From the human T2T-CHM13v2.0 reference genome, Homo sapiens: a stretch of 64,000 nucleotides of DNA. The position numbers were made by a program, and so were the translations under genes. This document shows, piece by piece, positions 25,585 through 40,169 of the stretch. The notes below the pieces were generated by a model. That model worked only from the letters and a program-made list of their open reading frames with translations, searched no databases and was not told the origin of the DNA. The stretch lies in the NCBI RefSeq assembly GCF_009914755.1, contig NC_060932.1, one strand, 5' to 3'. How positions within the stretch are numbered: the stretch's first letter is position 1; the number at the start of each line of letters is the position of its first letter.

Positions 25585-25945
25585 GGGATATATACATATG
25601 CATGTATTTATGCAATATATGTGTGTCATATAATACACATGCACACATACATATACCAATATATATACACATATATGCATACACATATAAATACAGACAC
25701 ACACACAGTGGTTTCTGAAAAAAAGATCTGGAGGTTTGGTTTCAATGAAAACTACCTCCATTATAGTAACATATACATGTGAATGTGTGTATGCAATATA
25801 TATGTGTCATATAGTACACATACACACACATACACAAATATATATACACAAATATGCATATGCATATAGATATAGATACACACACACAGTAGTTTATGAA
25901 AAATTAAAAAGATCTGGAGGTTTGGTTTTAATGAAACGACCTCCA
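25585..25945. repeat. ~185-bp tandem duplication of a TA/CA-rich unit ending in a hairpin
   Basis: Two copies of atgcaatatatgtgtcatat...cacacacagt..aaaaagatctggaggtttggtt..aatgaaa..acctcca. Confidence 0.85.
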
Positions 25946-26929
25946 CCAACATTCTGCTATTTGGCATGTTAACTTCTATTTAAGACATATACCAACACCT
26001 CCAATTAATTATAAAATTCTCAAGCTGCATACCTTCAAACCATAAAGGAGTTAAGGAAGGTTAAACTTCAATGAGGTTGATGTATATTTTCCTGGAGGAA
26101 AAACAACTTACAGCTCAAAACTTAGGCGTTGTTTCTTCCAGGCCAAAGAAACACAAGAGACAGAGCTCTGAAAGTCATCTCAAGTCAGTTCCTTGATTTG
26201 CATGCACAGGGCGCTCTGAACAGTGAGAAGGAAAGGAGGCAGTGAGAAGAATGAAGGGCTGCTGGGGATGGGAGGGAGCCAGCGAGGAAAGGCCCTAACA
26301 CTAATTAGGTTTGAAAGACTACAGGATGAGGCCAGCCACGGCATGCTGAGAAGAAAGGAACCTGAGCAGCTGATGCTAAGTTCAGACTAAACTAGCTGCA
26401 AGTCCCCTGGGGACGTCCCAAGGTAAACCTGATCGTCTCTGTCATTTACAATCATTATCAGGCAGGCTGCTTCTGTAATTTTACTGGTGAGCCAATTAAT
26501 AGATCCCTGAAGCTAGCGGGGAAATGTCCAAGCCCTCCTCTTGTTTTTGAAAACAAAAAATAAGGCAGCCCCTGTGCTGCTGTCTTCTGAGTGCTGCCTT
26601 TTCTAAAGGCAGGAAAGATGACTTCATACAATACAAATGCAGTGACTCCTCAGGTCAGGCGGATGGTGGGAGTCAGTCTTTTCTTCTGCCTTAATTTACT
26701 CTTTTCTCTAGCAACCTAAATTAGCCACCAGATAGCCCAGCAAGCCTTGCTTCCTCCTTTTCTGAGATACGGAAATGCTGACCATCTCTTTTACTCTTCT
26801 TTGCCTTCAAGAAAATGTCTTTGCAGCATTTCATCTGGCAAGAAAATGGGAAAGGCCAGCTTATGTGCTAAGGAGGCAGTAAAGAAGGACCACTCTTCTG
26901 TTTATTGCTCAACGACACGTATTTTCTCC

Positions 26930-27360
26930 TGCCCCCATCCTTTCTCTTGCCTTCTCGTCACAAACTTGGTAACTAGTTGTCTATATTCAGTACTTTATTT
27001 CAGCATCTCTGATTCACTACTCAAACCACCCAAGCTGGCTATAAATCTACTAAGAATGCTCTTCCTAAGATCACCAATGACATTTGTGTCACTCAGGATA
27101 CTAGAATATTTCGTGCTAGCCTGACTTGAATGAAGCCTTAGCAGGACTCAGTACAGTTGATCCTCCTTCTCCAACCTGAAACACTGTCTTCCCTCGACTT
27201 CCATGATATAACAATCGTCTAGTTTTTCTTTCACTTCTCTGGCTGTGCATTCTCACATTACTTTTGATTCTCCTTTTCTACAACATAATTAAGTACTGGA
27301 ATCACTCAAAGCTTGATCATGGACTGTCTTCTTTTTTCACTCTCAGGGATCCCTTAGTTA
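26930..27360 (+). mobile_element. L2 fragment
   Basis: gctcttcctaagatcaccaatgac...aaacactgtcttccctcgacttccatgat, typical L2 ORF2 remnant. Confidence 0.7.
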
Positions 27361-27479
27361 GGCAGACAAAAAAAATACTGGAGAGCATATAACTGAAATG
27401 AAAAAGACAGGAGCTACTTGCCTCTAGCCTTTGCTGTCATGCAAGAATGCAGGCTCAAAGTTGCTAGATTTTTTTTTTT

Positions 27480-30400
27480 AATTTTTAAGAGAAACTGGCA
27501 ATTCTGATATTTATATGACATTATCCTTTCAAATTTTAGATTATGACTGTGAAAGAGTAGCTGTAGCAGACCAACCCTCACTCCAAGAAAAAAATTAAAA
27601 CTAGATAAACATTTTTAAAATTATCTATTTGAAGTAATCAGAGAGCAACGAAGTCAGTAAGACCTTGAAAGGCTACAATCCAAGTAAAAAGAAAAACTTT
27701 GAGGTAAGCTCACCATTTTCTGCCACTTTTTCCTTAGGGCATCTTTCAGTTAGTACGTGGTACTGGACAAGAGATCAGGTTGAACTGTAAGGCTCTAGTT
27801 TTCAGCAGACTCATGGTCCTGGGAGAAAGAAAACAATTGGACAGGGGGCTATCAAGGTAGCCAGGTTTTGAGGGGACTCAGTTCAGGAGAAAAGAACTGG
27901 AAAGCAGGTCCTGTGCTGCTTTTCTCCTTGAGAAATTTATTCCCAATATTTTCAGCATGAGAGGGTGAGCACCTAAGAAAAAAGCATTAGCTAAAAAGCT
28001 AGAAAGGTAAGCAGAGCTTTTGCCCTTCTCATAGTGCTAGAAAGATGAAAATTGGCATTCAAATCCTGGAAAGGGGAATAGACCCCCAAAACCATCTCTT
28101 GTTTCCACTGGGGTCCTCAAAAGGCCCTACTTTAGGATTACATCAAACTAGGAATGGAGCACTTCTCACAACATCTGAAATCCAGTTCAGTGTCTCCTGT
28201 TCCCTGACTATATGAAGGTGATCAATTCCTACTGTAACTGCCTATAAGAAAAAAAAAAAGATAAATTCTCTCTGCTAGAAGTTAACATTATTCAGAGCTT
28301 TTCTATGCTCTTTATACACCGTATCAAGCACTCAAGAAAAATGGTTAGACTCAATATTATCTCTGCCTTTATTTACTCTTTAGGTAGGGCAGCAAACTTT
28401 GTTTTCTTCTTTTCTGAGTTACAAAAATGTTGGCCATCTCTTATTCCTTTTTTACCCCTGCAAGAAATAAATAGGTAAATAATTATCATGAATGGCAGCA
28501 ACAGAGAAACTCAAAAAAATAATAATAAACCAGAAACCGAGAAAAAAATAGATAATGGAGATGGCCCACAGGCAATCTAGATATCATACATAAGACACGG
28601 ACTTTAAAGTCACTCTAATTACCACGTTCAAGACATTGGATGACAAGATGGAGAAATTTACCAGAAAATGATCATTTATCCCAAAACTATTTTAAAAATA
28701 CAAGAGGTAAAATTATAAATGTAAGAGACATGTTTAACAGTTGTTTGGGTAAAAAAGGAGGTAAAATTAGAGAACTGGAAAAAATGTTAGCAGAATAAAA
28801 TCAGAGTATAGCATAGAGAAAAAAAGAAAACATGCATAAATATGTGTAGGAGACATGGTGATAAATGCCTAAAATGTAATTAGATCCCCAGAAAGACAGA
28901 AAAGAAAGAGCAAGTGGGATAGAATTTTATGGAAATACTAACCAAGAATTACTCTAAACTGAAGACATTGACCCAGGCATTCAAGAATCTTTTTGTACCT
29001 CATACATGAAAAAAAAGAACTCCTAAACACATCATGGTATAATTTCTTTGTATTAAACTAAAATAGAACATCTTAAAGACATCCAGACAAAAAAGACACA
29101 TTATCCTCAACGAAGCTATGATAAAATTTATAGCTGACTTTTTAATTGAAACAATGAAAGTCATAGGTCAGTGGAATAAAACATTTTAAGGTTTGAAAAA
29201 GAAGAAAACTAACCGGCCAGCATCCTAGACCCAGTGAAAATATACTTTATAAATAAAGGCAAAATACAAACATTACCAGAAATACAGAAAGTGAAATAAT
29301 TCATCACCTTATACTATATCAGACTTATACTATAAGAAACACCAAAGGGAATTCTTTAATCAAAAGAAGAGACCATAAATGGTAATATGGAAATACAGTA
29401 CTGAATGAAAAGCAAAAAAAGTGGTAAATATATGGATAAATACAAATTAATACTGACTAAGGTAAATGATAGTAATTATCTTGTAAGATTTAAAATTTAA
29501 AAAAAGCATAGGAGTTGCTAAATGGAGGTAAAGATATCTAAGGTTTATGCATTGCTGGAAAATGATTGAAACACTGGTGAAAATGCTAATTCATAGTAAC
29601 TTTATTAAGTGAAAGATACTCATTATAATTTACTGGGTAAGCATTAAAAGAATAATAAAAAGAATACATAATGAACTATAAAAAACAAAATGGAAAAAAC
29701 TGTGATTGGTCAAAAGAAGGCAAAAGACAAAAAGAAAAAAGAAAAAAGCTACTAATAATCAAGTAGCAAGATGGTAGGCTTTAAAAATAAAAATAAACGA
29801 TTTACTTAAAAAATAAAAACTTTCAGATTGACTAAACAGAATAAACAATCCCAATGTATATAATGCCAATGAGACACAGCTTAAATATATGGCACAAAAA
29901 GATTGAAAAAAATGATAGAAAAGCTTATACCATAAAAATAACAGAAAGAAACTTGGTATAGCTACACTAAGCAAATAACACAAACTTGAAGGTAAGAAAC
30001 ATTAATAAAGATATTCAGGGACATTTTGTAATAATAAATATGTTAATCCAATGAGAATGTTTAAAAATTCTAAATTATATTTACCTAATAATATGTTCTT
30101 AAAATATTTAAAACAAAAAATGACAGCAGAGACAGAAAAAATAAATACAAAAGGTAAAACATTTTAACAAACATCTCCTGGTAACTGGTAGATTAAAGAG
30201 GAAAAAAATCAGTAAAGATATGTAGGATTTAAGTAGCAAAATAGAATAAATCAACCTAATGGAAAAATATAAAACATGATATGCAACAACTGCTGAATGA
30301 ACATTTTCTCCAAGGGCACATGGGATATTTACCATTTGATCATATTTGGATCATAAAGAACATCTCAATGAATTTCTAAGGACTGAAAATATTTAAAGTA

Positions 30401-31010
30401 CATTTTCTGAGCACAGTAAAATTAAACTAAAAATCAATGTTTAAAAATCTAGAAAGCCTCTCAAATGACTTGAAATCAAGCAATATACTTCCAAAAAATC
30501 CATAAATGCAAGGAAAAAATAAGAAATTAGAATACATTGGGAATTGAATTACAATGAAAATATATGCAAAATTTAAGAAATGCTGCTAAAGCTATACTTA
30601 GGAAATTTATCATTTTAAATAGCTATATTCAAAAGAAAGATTAAAAATTAAGAATCTAAGTATCTTTCTCAATAAGTTATAAAAAGAAAAGGTATTCAAA
30701 ACCAAAGAAACTGATAGTAAATAAATTATAAAGAACAGAATTTAATAAAATGAAAACAATACAACAAAGAAATTTTCAAAACCAAAAGTTGTATCTTTGG
30801 TAACATTAATCAAATTGGTTTACTCTATCAAAACTGACTAAGAAAAACATAGCAAAGCCATAAATGATCAATATTAGAACTTAAAAAGGAAACATTGTAT
30901 AGATCTTACATATTAAGGAGATATGAACAAGTTTATATAATAAATTTGGCAACATGGATGAACTGGGAAAAATTCCCTGAAAAGTATAATTTATCAAAAA
31001 TTATGCTTTC
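27480..31010 (+). mobile_element. Ancient L1 (L1M/L1ME-type) 5' part: 5' UTR, ORF1 and ORF2 endonuclease remnants
   Basis: Very A-rich with degenerate L1 motifs (caactgctgaatgaacattttctccaagggcacatggga). Confidence 0.7.
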
Positions 31011-31039
31011 AGTATAAACAAAACATCTGGAGGTTTCTT

Positions 31040-31500
31040 GTATGAGTCAGAGTCCAGTAGGGAATGGAAATCTCACCACTAACTTAAAAAGAGATTTAAT
31101 AAAATAAATTATAAACTGATACCAAAAGATTAACTGTTAAGAGGGGTAAAGAGAAGTCTGAAGAATAGAAGAACAGCATATTTAGGAAGTAGCCATTACC
31201 TGTCTCCTAGGGCTGAGGAGAAGTACACAAGAGCCCCCAAAGCTGAGCTGTGGGCATCATTGGGTGTGGCTGTGGCCCATTGGGTGCCAGAGAAATTGTT
31301 AAGGTGCCAATGGGTGGAACTTGTGAGCAAAAACCACCTCCTTGAGTGCAGGTGAAAATCACTAGAAACAAACCTATCTGGGTGACGTGTGACTTTCTGG
31401 GAAGCCCCCACTTGGGTGCCAACACAACTCACTGGGATGCCACCTGCTGAGGGGCTGATACAATTTCTAGGAAGCCACCCTCTGAGTTAAGTGAGAGTTA
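31040..31500. mobile_element. ERVL-type LTR remnant
   Basis: Begins tgtatgagtcagagtccagtaggga, an LTR-like terminus. Internal short GC-rich repeats (tgggtgcca). Confidence 0.4.
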
Positions 31501-32228
31501 AATAGGTATTGCTAACCCCTACTTCATTCAAGCTTTTGAATGTGGCATTAGCTTCTGCAGCTCTCTCAGAGATGAGGGATTATTCCTGCTTTACTATCTT
31601 GGTAGGGAGGGGAAATTCCAGAGACTTTCACTTAGCACCTTTTACGATGATAGCACTCACACCCATGGGTCCAGAGTGCCATTGAGCAAATTCTGCCAAT
31701 TCTCAAGTATGTCTGTTCCAACTACACACACAGGAACTACATGTGGGGGTGAGTCAACATGCCAGCTGGAGCCAATGAGAGAGGGATTCTGGCTATTACC
31801 TTATCACTATAAGCCTCCAGGTTGGCTAGGGGACCACAATGGCATTCTGGGGCCTTAGGAACTAGAATCAAAGCAGGGGCAATGTCTAGTAATTTTTTAA
31901 AGGTCTGAGTATTTCCTTTTCCCCAGGGTACAATTGTTTTAATAAATGGCCTGTTCCTAACCAGAGTTAATGTTTGTTTAAAAAAGATGGTGACATAAGC
32001 CTACATATAAATGGAGACATTTAGAGATTTTTAAGGAATAATAACATTTAAAGGAATGTCCATGAAAGAGAGAAAGAGAGAACAAAAGAACATAAAAAGA
32101 CTCCAGGCTTAGGAACCACCCTTCGAGACTTGTGGTTTCATAGAATCTTTAATTTATTATGATTTTAATTCTGAGGAATAAAATCTTAGAAATAGTACAG
32201 AAAACATTTACGTTTCCATCATTTGTGA

Positions 32229-32600
<372 letters not shown>

Positions 32601-34198
32601 AACATTTTAAATTTTATTAGATCCCGAACCTAATCCCAATCTGTCCTCCTAATAGATGTGTATAAAGGTAACCATTACCATGAATTTAGTATATTTCCTT
32701 CTAATTTATTTTTAACTTTTACATACGTATATATTTGTGAATTATGTATACTTTTCAGTGTTTTTAATGTGCAAATATGGAATTTTACTCTTTTTATTCA
32801 ACATATTATAGATCTGTTCATTGAGACATATATAAACTTAATCTATTTATCTACATTTTATCATCTTTTAAACATATTTAATACATTTAAAATAATATAA
32901 GTGATATGAATATTATGAAATACAAAATATAGTCAGCATCCTTGAGCCTCCCAACCAACCCAAGAATTAAAAAATTTTAATAACTTGCATCTATTTCTGC
33001 GTACCTTTTATATGGTTTTATCACATTTAAATGTGTATCTGAAATGGTTTTTTAAATTAGTTTTGGTGGGTTTTAAACCCTATTGTATTGTTTTAACACT
33101 TACCTTTTTCTCTCAACATTATGTTTCTAAGACTAATTTGTGATGTTTTGATATTTCTCATTCATTTATGCCAGTGGCTGTATAGTATAACCATTTCTAA
33201 TGTCAATAGACATTTAAATTTTTGTTTTGTTTTATTCATCATTATAAACTCTTCTGTACATTTTTACTGATGTGGTACACATGTGCAATAGTATCAAGAG
33301 AATATATATCCAGAAATACAAAAATGTAATTGCAGGATTGTAGAATATGTGAATGCCTATCATTACATGATTTTTTTCCTTAAATTTTCTTCCTCTCTGG
33401 CTGCTTTTAATATTTTCTATTCATCAATGGTTTTGAATAATTTTATTATGAAATGTCTTAATATAGCTTTTTTCCTGTTTCTTGTAATTGATGACTCATT
33501 GAGTTTCTCATATCTGTGAGTTTAGAGTTTTCTTTCAATTTAGAAAAATTTTAACCATTATTTCTTGAATTTTTTGTTCTCTACCTCCCTTCAGGGACTT
33601 TGATTATGTGTATAATTAAACCTGTTGAAGTTTCATAACTATGATATATCCCTTCATTTATTGCGCTCTAAATTTGTCTCAAAATTTTTTGTAGTTTTTA
33701 GAGTACAAATCATGCACATATGTATCCCTATGTATTTCATAATTTTTGATATAGTGGTAATGGGTACTTTTAACATTTGAATTACAGGTTTTCTGTTGCT
33801 AGAATATAGTACTATTGATTTTTGTATATTAACTTTGTATCTGTGATGTTGTCATACTCACTTATTAGTTATATTAACATTTTCCAGATTCCTTGGGTAT
33901 TTTTACATCAATACTTATGTCATCTTTGAATGAAGTTTGTTTTACTTATTCCTCTCTAATGTTTACACCTTTTTTCTTTAAGGCACTGTCTGGGACATCC
34001 AATACAATATTGGAAAGCAAAAATGACTTTTATTTCTTTAATTTCAGTATTCTAAAAACATTGTCTTCAGAGTTTCATAGTTTCTTATGGGAAATCTGTC
34101 TTTATTCCTCAGCATATGGAGTTTCTTTATTCTCTGGCTGCCTTTGTGACTTTCTCTTTATTTTTGATTTTCAGCAGTTTAACTATGATGTGACTAGG

Positions 34199-34212
34199 GG
34201 TGTGTGTGTATA

Positions 34213-34242
<30 letters not shown>
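34199..34242. repeat. (TG)n microsatellite
   Basis: Direct reading. Confidence 0.95.
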
Positions 34243-34243
<1 letters not shown>

Positions 34244-35755
34244 TTACCTTAGTTGTAGTTCTCTGAAATTCTTAAATTTATGGTCTATTGTCTTTCATTA
34301 AATTTGGAAAATTTCAGCCATTATCTCTTTAAATATTCCTTTTGGCTTATTTTCTGTTTTCCATTCAGTATCCAATTACACATATGCTACTTATCTAATA
34401 TTATCCCTCAGATTTTGGATACTCTGTTCACTTTTTGTTTGTTTGTATATTTTTTATTTAACTATTTTTCTCCTTGTATTTCAGATCAAATCATCTCTTT
34501 GGTCTCTTTTTAAATTCCCTTATTCTTTCCACTCATGTATCAAACTTTTGATAAACCAGTCATTGAGATTTTTTATCTTTCATATTGTGGTTTTTTTAAT
34601 TCTAGCATTTTTATTTGACCCCTTTCTTTGGCTTTCCTTTTTCTATTGACATTTTCTACTTGTGTATAATGTTAATATTTTCCATGAGTTATTTTAACAT
34701 ATATACCATTGTTATTTTGATGTCCTCATCTGATAGTTCCAACATCTAGGCCACCTCTAATTGTTTTGACTGCTGTATCTCTTGATAATTACTTTTCTTT
34801 TGATTATTTTCTGTCTCACAAGTCTTGATTGAATGCCAGACATTGTACGTAGAACAGCAGATGCTGAGGCCTATGTGCTAACTTTGTGTTGAAAATTATC
34901 TTTGAAAATTTTGTGTTGAAAATTAGCACATACCTTTTTCTTTCAGGTAAAGAGTTTGGGGTTTAGTTAACAATTCAGTGTATTTGGGTTTTGTTGTTGA
35001 AATAGTTACTTTGAAAGCCCTATGGACCTCAAATTCCTCCAGCAGCAGCTATTGTAACTTTGTGGTCAATGTTGTGTGTGGGGTGTAAGTTTGTGGTCAA
35101 TGTTGGGCATGGGGTGTTGAAGGCTTTTCTTCTACTTCAATTTTAGCTTCTGTAGGTCTTGTTTCCCTCTACCACATAGAATATTTCTCTTTATGCTCTG
35201 TCTTTCCCCCAAGCAGTACTTTCCCCCAAGCAATGCTACTACTGGTTAACAGGTATACGATGTATGGAAGGAGCAGAGATTCTGGATTCTCCTGCTTCAG
35301 CCTCAGTTTTAGTCAGGCACTGCAAACTTGATGTCATGGTTAGGGTTTTCTCAGTATGACTGCCCCTTCCTTCTGTGGCTGCCAAACTTTGCCAGCTACC
35401 TATAGGGAGATCTTGGGCAAGAGAGCACTTCCTGCCCCTCCCCAGTGGTCACCAGCCTTTGGTTTGTAGCAATGCAACATCCTTAAACTCAGCAGGATTT
35501 TCCCCTTCCCAGTGGAAAAGAGTTCTTTCACTCTTCCCTCAATGCATTTCCCTTTGCCTCTCACTTATTACTCAGCACAAGGATTGTGCTTAAGGATATT
35601 TCCTACATCTCCCTTAGGAGCATACAGGTTTGACTTCTACTCTTATCTCAGCATCAGTTCACCTTTTCCTGGGACCCTGGACAGGAAGGTCTCTTAGCCC
35701 ATTACCTAGGGTCAGAAGGCTTTTTTCCCCTGCTCCTACCCCAGAACAATGAATC

Positions 35756-35803
35756 TTTGCTTAGGCCTTTTCTTTGCTTAGGCCTTTTTGCTTAGGCCTT
35801 TTC
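35756..35803. repeat. Short tandem repeat (tttgcttaggccttt) x3
   Basis: Direct reading. Confidence 0.8.
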
Positions 35804-36436
35804 TGCTTTCCCTCAAGCAGTTAAAGGTTTGTACTTTGCATGAGAGAAAGGGACTAGAGAATGAGGAGAGGTCTCATGCCTGTGCACCTCCAAGGAGTCT
35901 CTCTCAGATCTCCTGCTCTGTCCACAGTCTTTTGAATGAGCACCTGATGAAGGACCATAAAAAATAATTTTGTAGGGCATGCGGACTCCTCTTGTGTCTG
36001 AGGTTCTCAGGAAATCTCAATGTTATTCTGCCCCTTGGAATTACAAAATGTGGATGTTTATTCTTACCTACTATTATGTGGGTCACTTCTTCCTTCTGTG
36101 CTCTGCAAAGATGAAAAGATCTGTGTGTCTTGTCTTTGCTGAGAGGGTCTTGTCAGATTTTGGAATTTATGGCACCAAGTTGCCTCACATACTCAGCTCT
36201 CCATTGGTTTCTTGAAAAGTGATTGTTTTGTATATTACCTGGGGGTGGTTTATACATTGTTATTAGCTTGAGGTTGATTTTTGTTTATGGCTTTCTAAAT
36301 TCTAAGAAGAACCCCTGTAGTCTTTTTTATAAACATCTCAAATTAAACATCATCTTTACGATAATTTTATAAAGACAATGTTTATTTGGATTTACTGGAG
36401 ATTTAACATTTTATATTTGTATCATATCATCTTCTT

Positions 36437-39400
36437 TATTATGGTAAGAATATTTAACATGAAATCTACCCTCCTAACAAATTTTTAAATGAACAATACA
36501 TTATTGTTAAACATAGGCACAATGTTTTACAGAAGATCTGTAGAACTTAATCATCTTGCATAACTGAAACTTTATGCCCAGTGAATAGCAAATCCCTATT
36601 TCCCTGTTCCCTCAGCTCCTGGCAACCACCATTCTACTTTACATCTACATATTTGAATATTTTATATGCTTTATAGAAATGGTATCAGCAGTATTTGTCT
36701 TCTGTGACTAGATTATTTCACATAGGATAATGTCCTCAGGGTTTATCTGTCTTGTCACATACGGCAGAATTTCCTTCTTTTTTAAGGCTGGGAAATATTC
36801 TACTGTATGTATATGCCATATTTTTTTATCCATTTATTTGCCAATTGACATTTAAATTGTTTCCACGTCTTGGCTATTGTGAATAATGCTGCAATAAGCA
36901 TGGGAGTGCAAATATCTCTTCAAGAACCTGTTTTCAGTTCTTTTGAAATTGAGGTAGTGAGATTGCTGGATCATATGGTACTTCTACTTTTGATTTTTTG
37001 AGAAGGCGCCACACTGTTTATCCAAAGCAGCTGTGCTATTTTACATTCCCATGGACAGTATACAAGGATTTTAATTTCTCTACATCCTTACCAGCATTTG
37101 CTATCTCTGTTTTTTGAATTTTTGTTTTTATAATAGCCATCTTAACAGAGGTGAGATGATATATCATTTTGTTTTGATTTGCATTTCCCTGGTGATTAGT
37201 GAGGTTGAGCATCTTTTCATGTAACTGTTGGCCATTTGCATGGCTTTTCTGAGGAAGAGTTTATTCAAATTATTTGCCCATTTTTAATTGGGTTATTTGT
37301 TTTTTTGTTATCAAATTGAAGGAGTTCCTTATATACTTTGGATATTAACTCCTAATCAAATTTACGGTTTGCAAATATTTTCTGCCATTCAGTAGATTTT
37401 CTTTTCACTCTGTTTTTTGTTTCCTTTACCGTGCAGAAGTTTTAAGTTTGATTTAGCCCCATTTGTTTATTTTTGCTTCTGTTTCCTGTGCTTTTGGTGT
37501 CATATTCAAAAAATCATTGCCAAATCTAATGCCATGAAGATTTTTCCCTATTTTTTTTCTAAGAATTGTATAGTTTTAGGTTCTATGTTTAAGTCTTTAA
37601 TTCATTTTGGGTTAATTTGTGTGTGATATAAAGTAAGGTCAAAATTTATTCTTTTGCATGTGGATATACAGTTTTGCTAACATCATTTATTAAAGAGACT
37701 ATCCTTCCCCCAGCCCCCACCCCGCCACTATGTATTCTTGATATCCTTGTGAAAGATCAGTTGCCCATATATGCATGCATTTATTTTCAGGATTTTATAC
37801 TATTCCATTGCTCTACATGTCTGTTTTTGTCCAAGCAACATACTGTTTTAATACTGTAGCTTTGTAATATGTTTTGAAATCAGGAAGTATGATGTCTCCA
37901 GCTGCATTATTTTTTTCAGGAACCTTTTTTCTACCTGGGTTTCTTTGTCATTTCCTGTAAATTTTAGGATTTTTTTTCTGGTTTTGTAAAAAATGCCACT
38001 GGGCTTTTGACAGTGATTGCATTGAATCTATAGATCATTTTGGATAGTAGGTCCACTTTAATATTAATTTTTCAAATCCATGAATCCAAGAACATGGGAT
38101 ATCTTTCCATTTATTTGTATCTTCTTAAATTTATTTCATCAACATTTTAAAATTTTTAGTGTATTAGACTTTCACCTCCTTAAGTTCATTGCTAAGTATT
38201 TTAGTCTTTGTGATAATATTAATATTATAAATGAGATAATTTTCTTAATTTCCTTTTCAGAAAATTTATTATTGGTTTATAGAAATACAAATGATTTTTT
38301 TTTTCTTTTTGAGATGGAGTCTCGCTCTGTCACCAGGCTGGAGTGCAATGGCGCAATCTCGGCTCACTGCAACCTCTGCCTCCTGGTTTCAAGCGATTCT
38401 CATGCCTCAGCCTCCTGAATAGCTGGGATTGCAGTCACGTGCCAGAAGACCCAGCTAATTTTTGTATTTTTAGTAGAGACAGGGTTTTACCATGTTGTCC
38501 AGGATGGACTCGATCTCCTGACCTCGTGATCCGCCCACCTCGGCTTCCCAAAGTGCTGGGATTACAGGTGTGAGCCACCACACCTGGCCTTACAACTGAT
38601 TTTTTAATGTTGAGTTTGTATCCTGCAACTTTACTGATTTCATTTATTAGTTTAACAAATTTTTTTGTCTCTGTGGAGTGTTTAGGGTTTTCTACATGTA
38701 AAAGCCTGTCATCTGCAAAGAGAGAGAATTTCTTCTTTTCTAATTTGGATGATTTTCATTTATTTATTTTTATTATTATATTTTTGCTTATTGTTCTGAC
38801 TTGGACTTTCAGTACTATGTTGAGTAAAAGTGGTAAGAGTGGACATCCTTGCTTTATTCTGAATCTTAGAGAAAAAGCTTTCAGTTTTTTTACCATTGAG
38901 TATAATGTCAATTTTAAACCTTTCATATGTACCCTTTCTAGGTTGAGGTAATTTCCTTCTATCTCTAGTTTGTCGAGAGGATGTTTTTTAAATCATAAAA
39001 GGGTGTTGAATTTTACCAAATACTTGTTCTGTATATATGAGATGATCATGTGATTTTTATCTTTTGTTCCATTAATGTGGTGTATCACATTAATTGATGG
39101 GTGTATGTTGCACCTAAGGATAAATCCACTTTGTCATATTATATGACCATTGAGTGCTGTTGAATTCAGTTTACTAGTATTTTATTCAGTATTTTTTGTG
39201 TCTATGTTCATCAGGAATATTGGCTTATGGTTTTCTTGTAGCATTTTTATCTGGTTTTGGTATCAGGTGAATGATGGCCTCAAAAAATCGGCTTAGAAGT
39301 GTCTATTCTCTTCAATTCTTTGAAAGTAATTAAAAAGTACTGGTGTTAATTCTTCCTTAAATGTTTGGTAGAATTCACCAGTGAAGCTATGTGGTCCTGC

Positions 39401-39545
39401 ACTTTTTTGGTTTTTTTGAAGATTTTGATTATGGATTTATTCCCCCAAGTAGTTATAGGTCTATTCAGAATTTCTACTTTTTCATAATTCAGTTTTTGTA
39501 AGTTGTACATTTCTAAAAATGCATTCATTTCTTTTACTTTATCTG
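36437..39545 (-). mobile_element. L1MA/MB-type element, 3' UTR plus ORF2, antisense
   Basis: 3' end atggtaagaatatttaacatgaaatctaccctc. Antisense RT motif (gagtggacatccttgc). Confidence 0.85.
38295..38590 (-). mobile_element. Alu (AluSc-like) inside L1
   Basis: Antisense Alu. TSD-like tacaaatgattttt / tacaactgattttt. Confidence 0.95.
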
Positions 39546-40169
39546 TACCACCTCATCTTGCATCTCAAAACATTTTCCTGTAATAATGTTTCTTCTTTCA
39601 GAATTGCTTAAGAAATTTTTGTAGCAATTTTCTGGTGATAAATTCTCTCAGTTTTTAGATCTGTGTAAATATATCTCTCATCGTTATTATTGAAGTGAAT
39701 CTTTATGATTATAAAATTCCTTGTTGATAGTTATTTTAAACAGCAAAGACCAATCACCTTAATAGTTTAACAATTCTTCTGAGTGGTCAATTGATTTTAC
39801 ACATGGATTTTACCTGCACTTGGTGCTTGAACCTCCAAGCAAGGACATCAGTTGACTCAGAGTCGGGTGATGAGAGTCCAATCAGCACAATGCTATCTAG
39901 AGTCACGATTAAAATCTGCTTTCACCTGATGATTATTCTATTGAAAAATGGAAATAGAATGAACAGATATTTGATTGCTATCAATACTTCTTGTGAGGTC
40001 ACCCTCATTCTCGTAAAATACAAGCAGGCAACTACTTATCTCAGCTGAATAAATCTCTGAAATTGTGTTGTTTTGGACCCTGAAATAGCCTTAAAATAAG
40101 TTTTACTTTGGCAATAAATCTACAAAACGCATACTCAATAAGCCCTGGGCTTTTTCCAAAGAAACATCC

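Larger units (their letters stand above)
32610..36310 (-). mobile_element. Patchwork of ancient antisense L1 (L1ME/L1M) fragments
   Basis: T-rich with L1-like motifs (ctctctggctgcttttaat; aaatttggaaaatttcagccatta). Confidence 0.6.
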
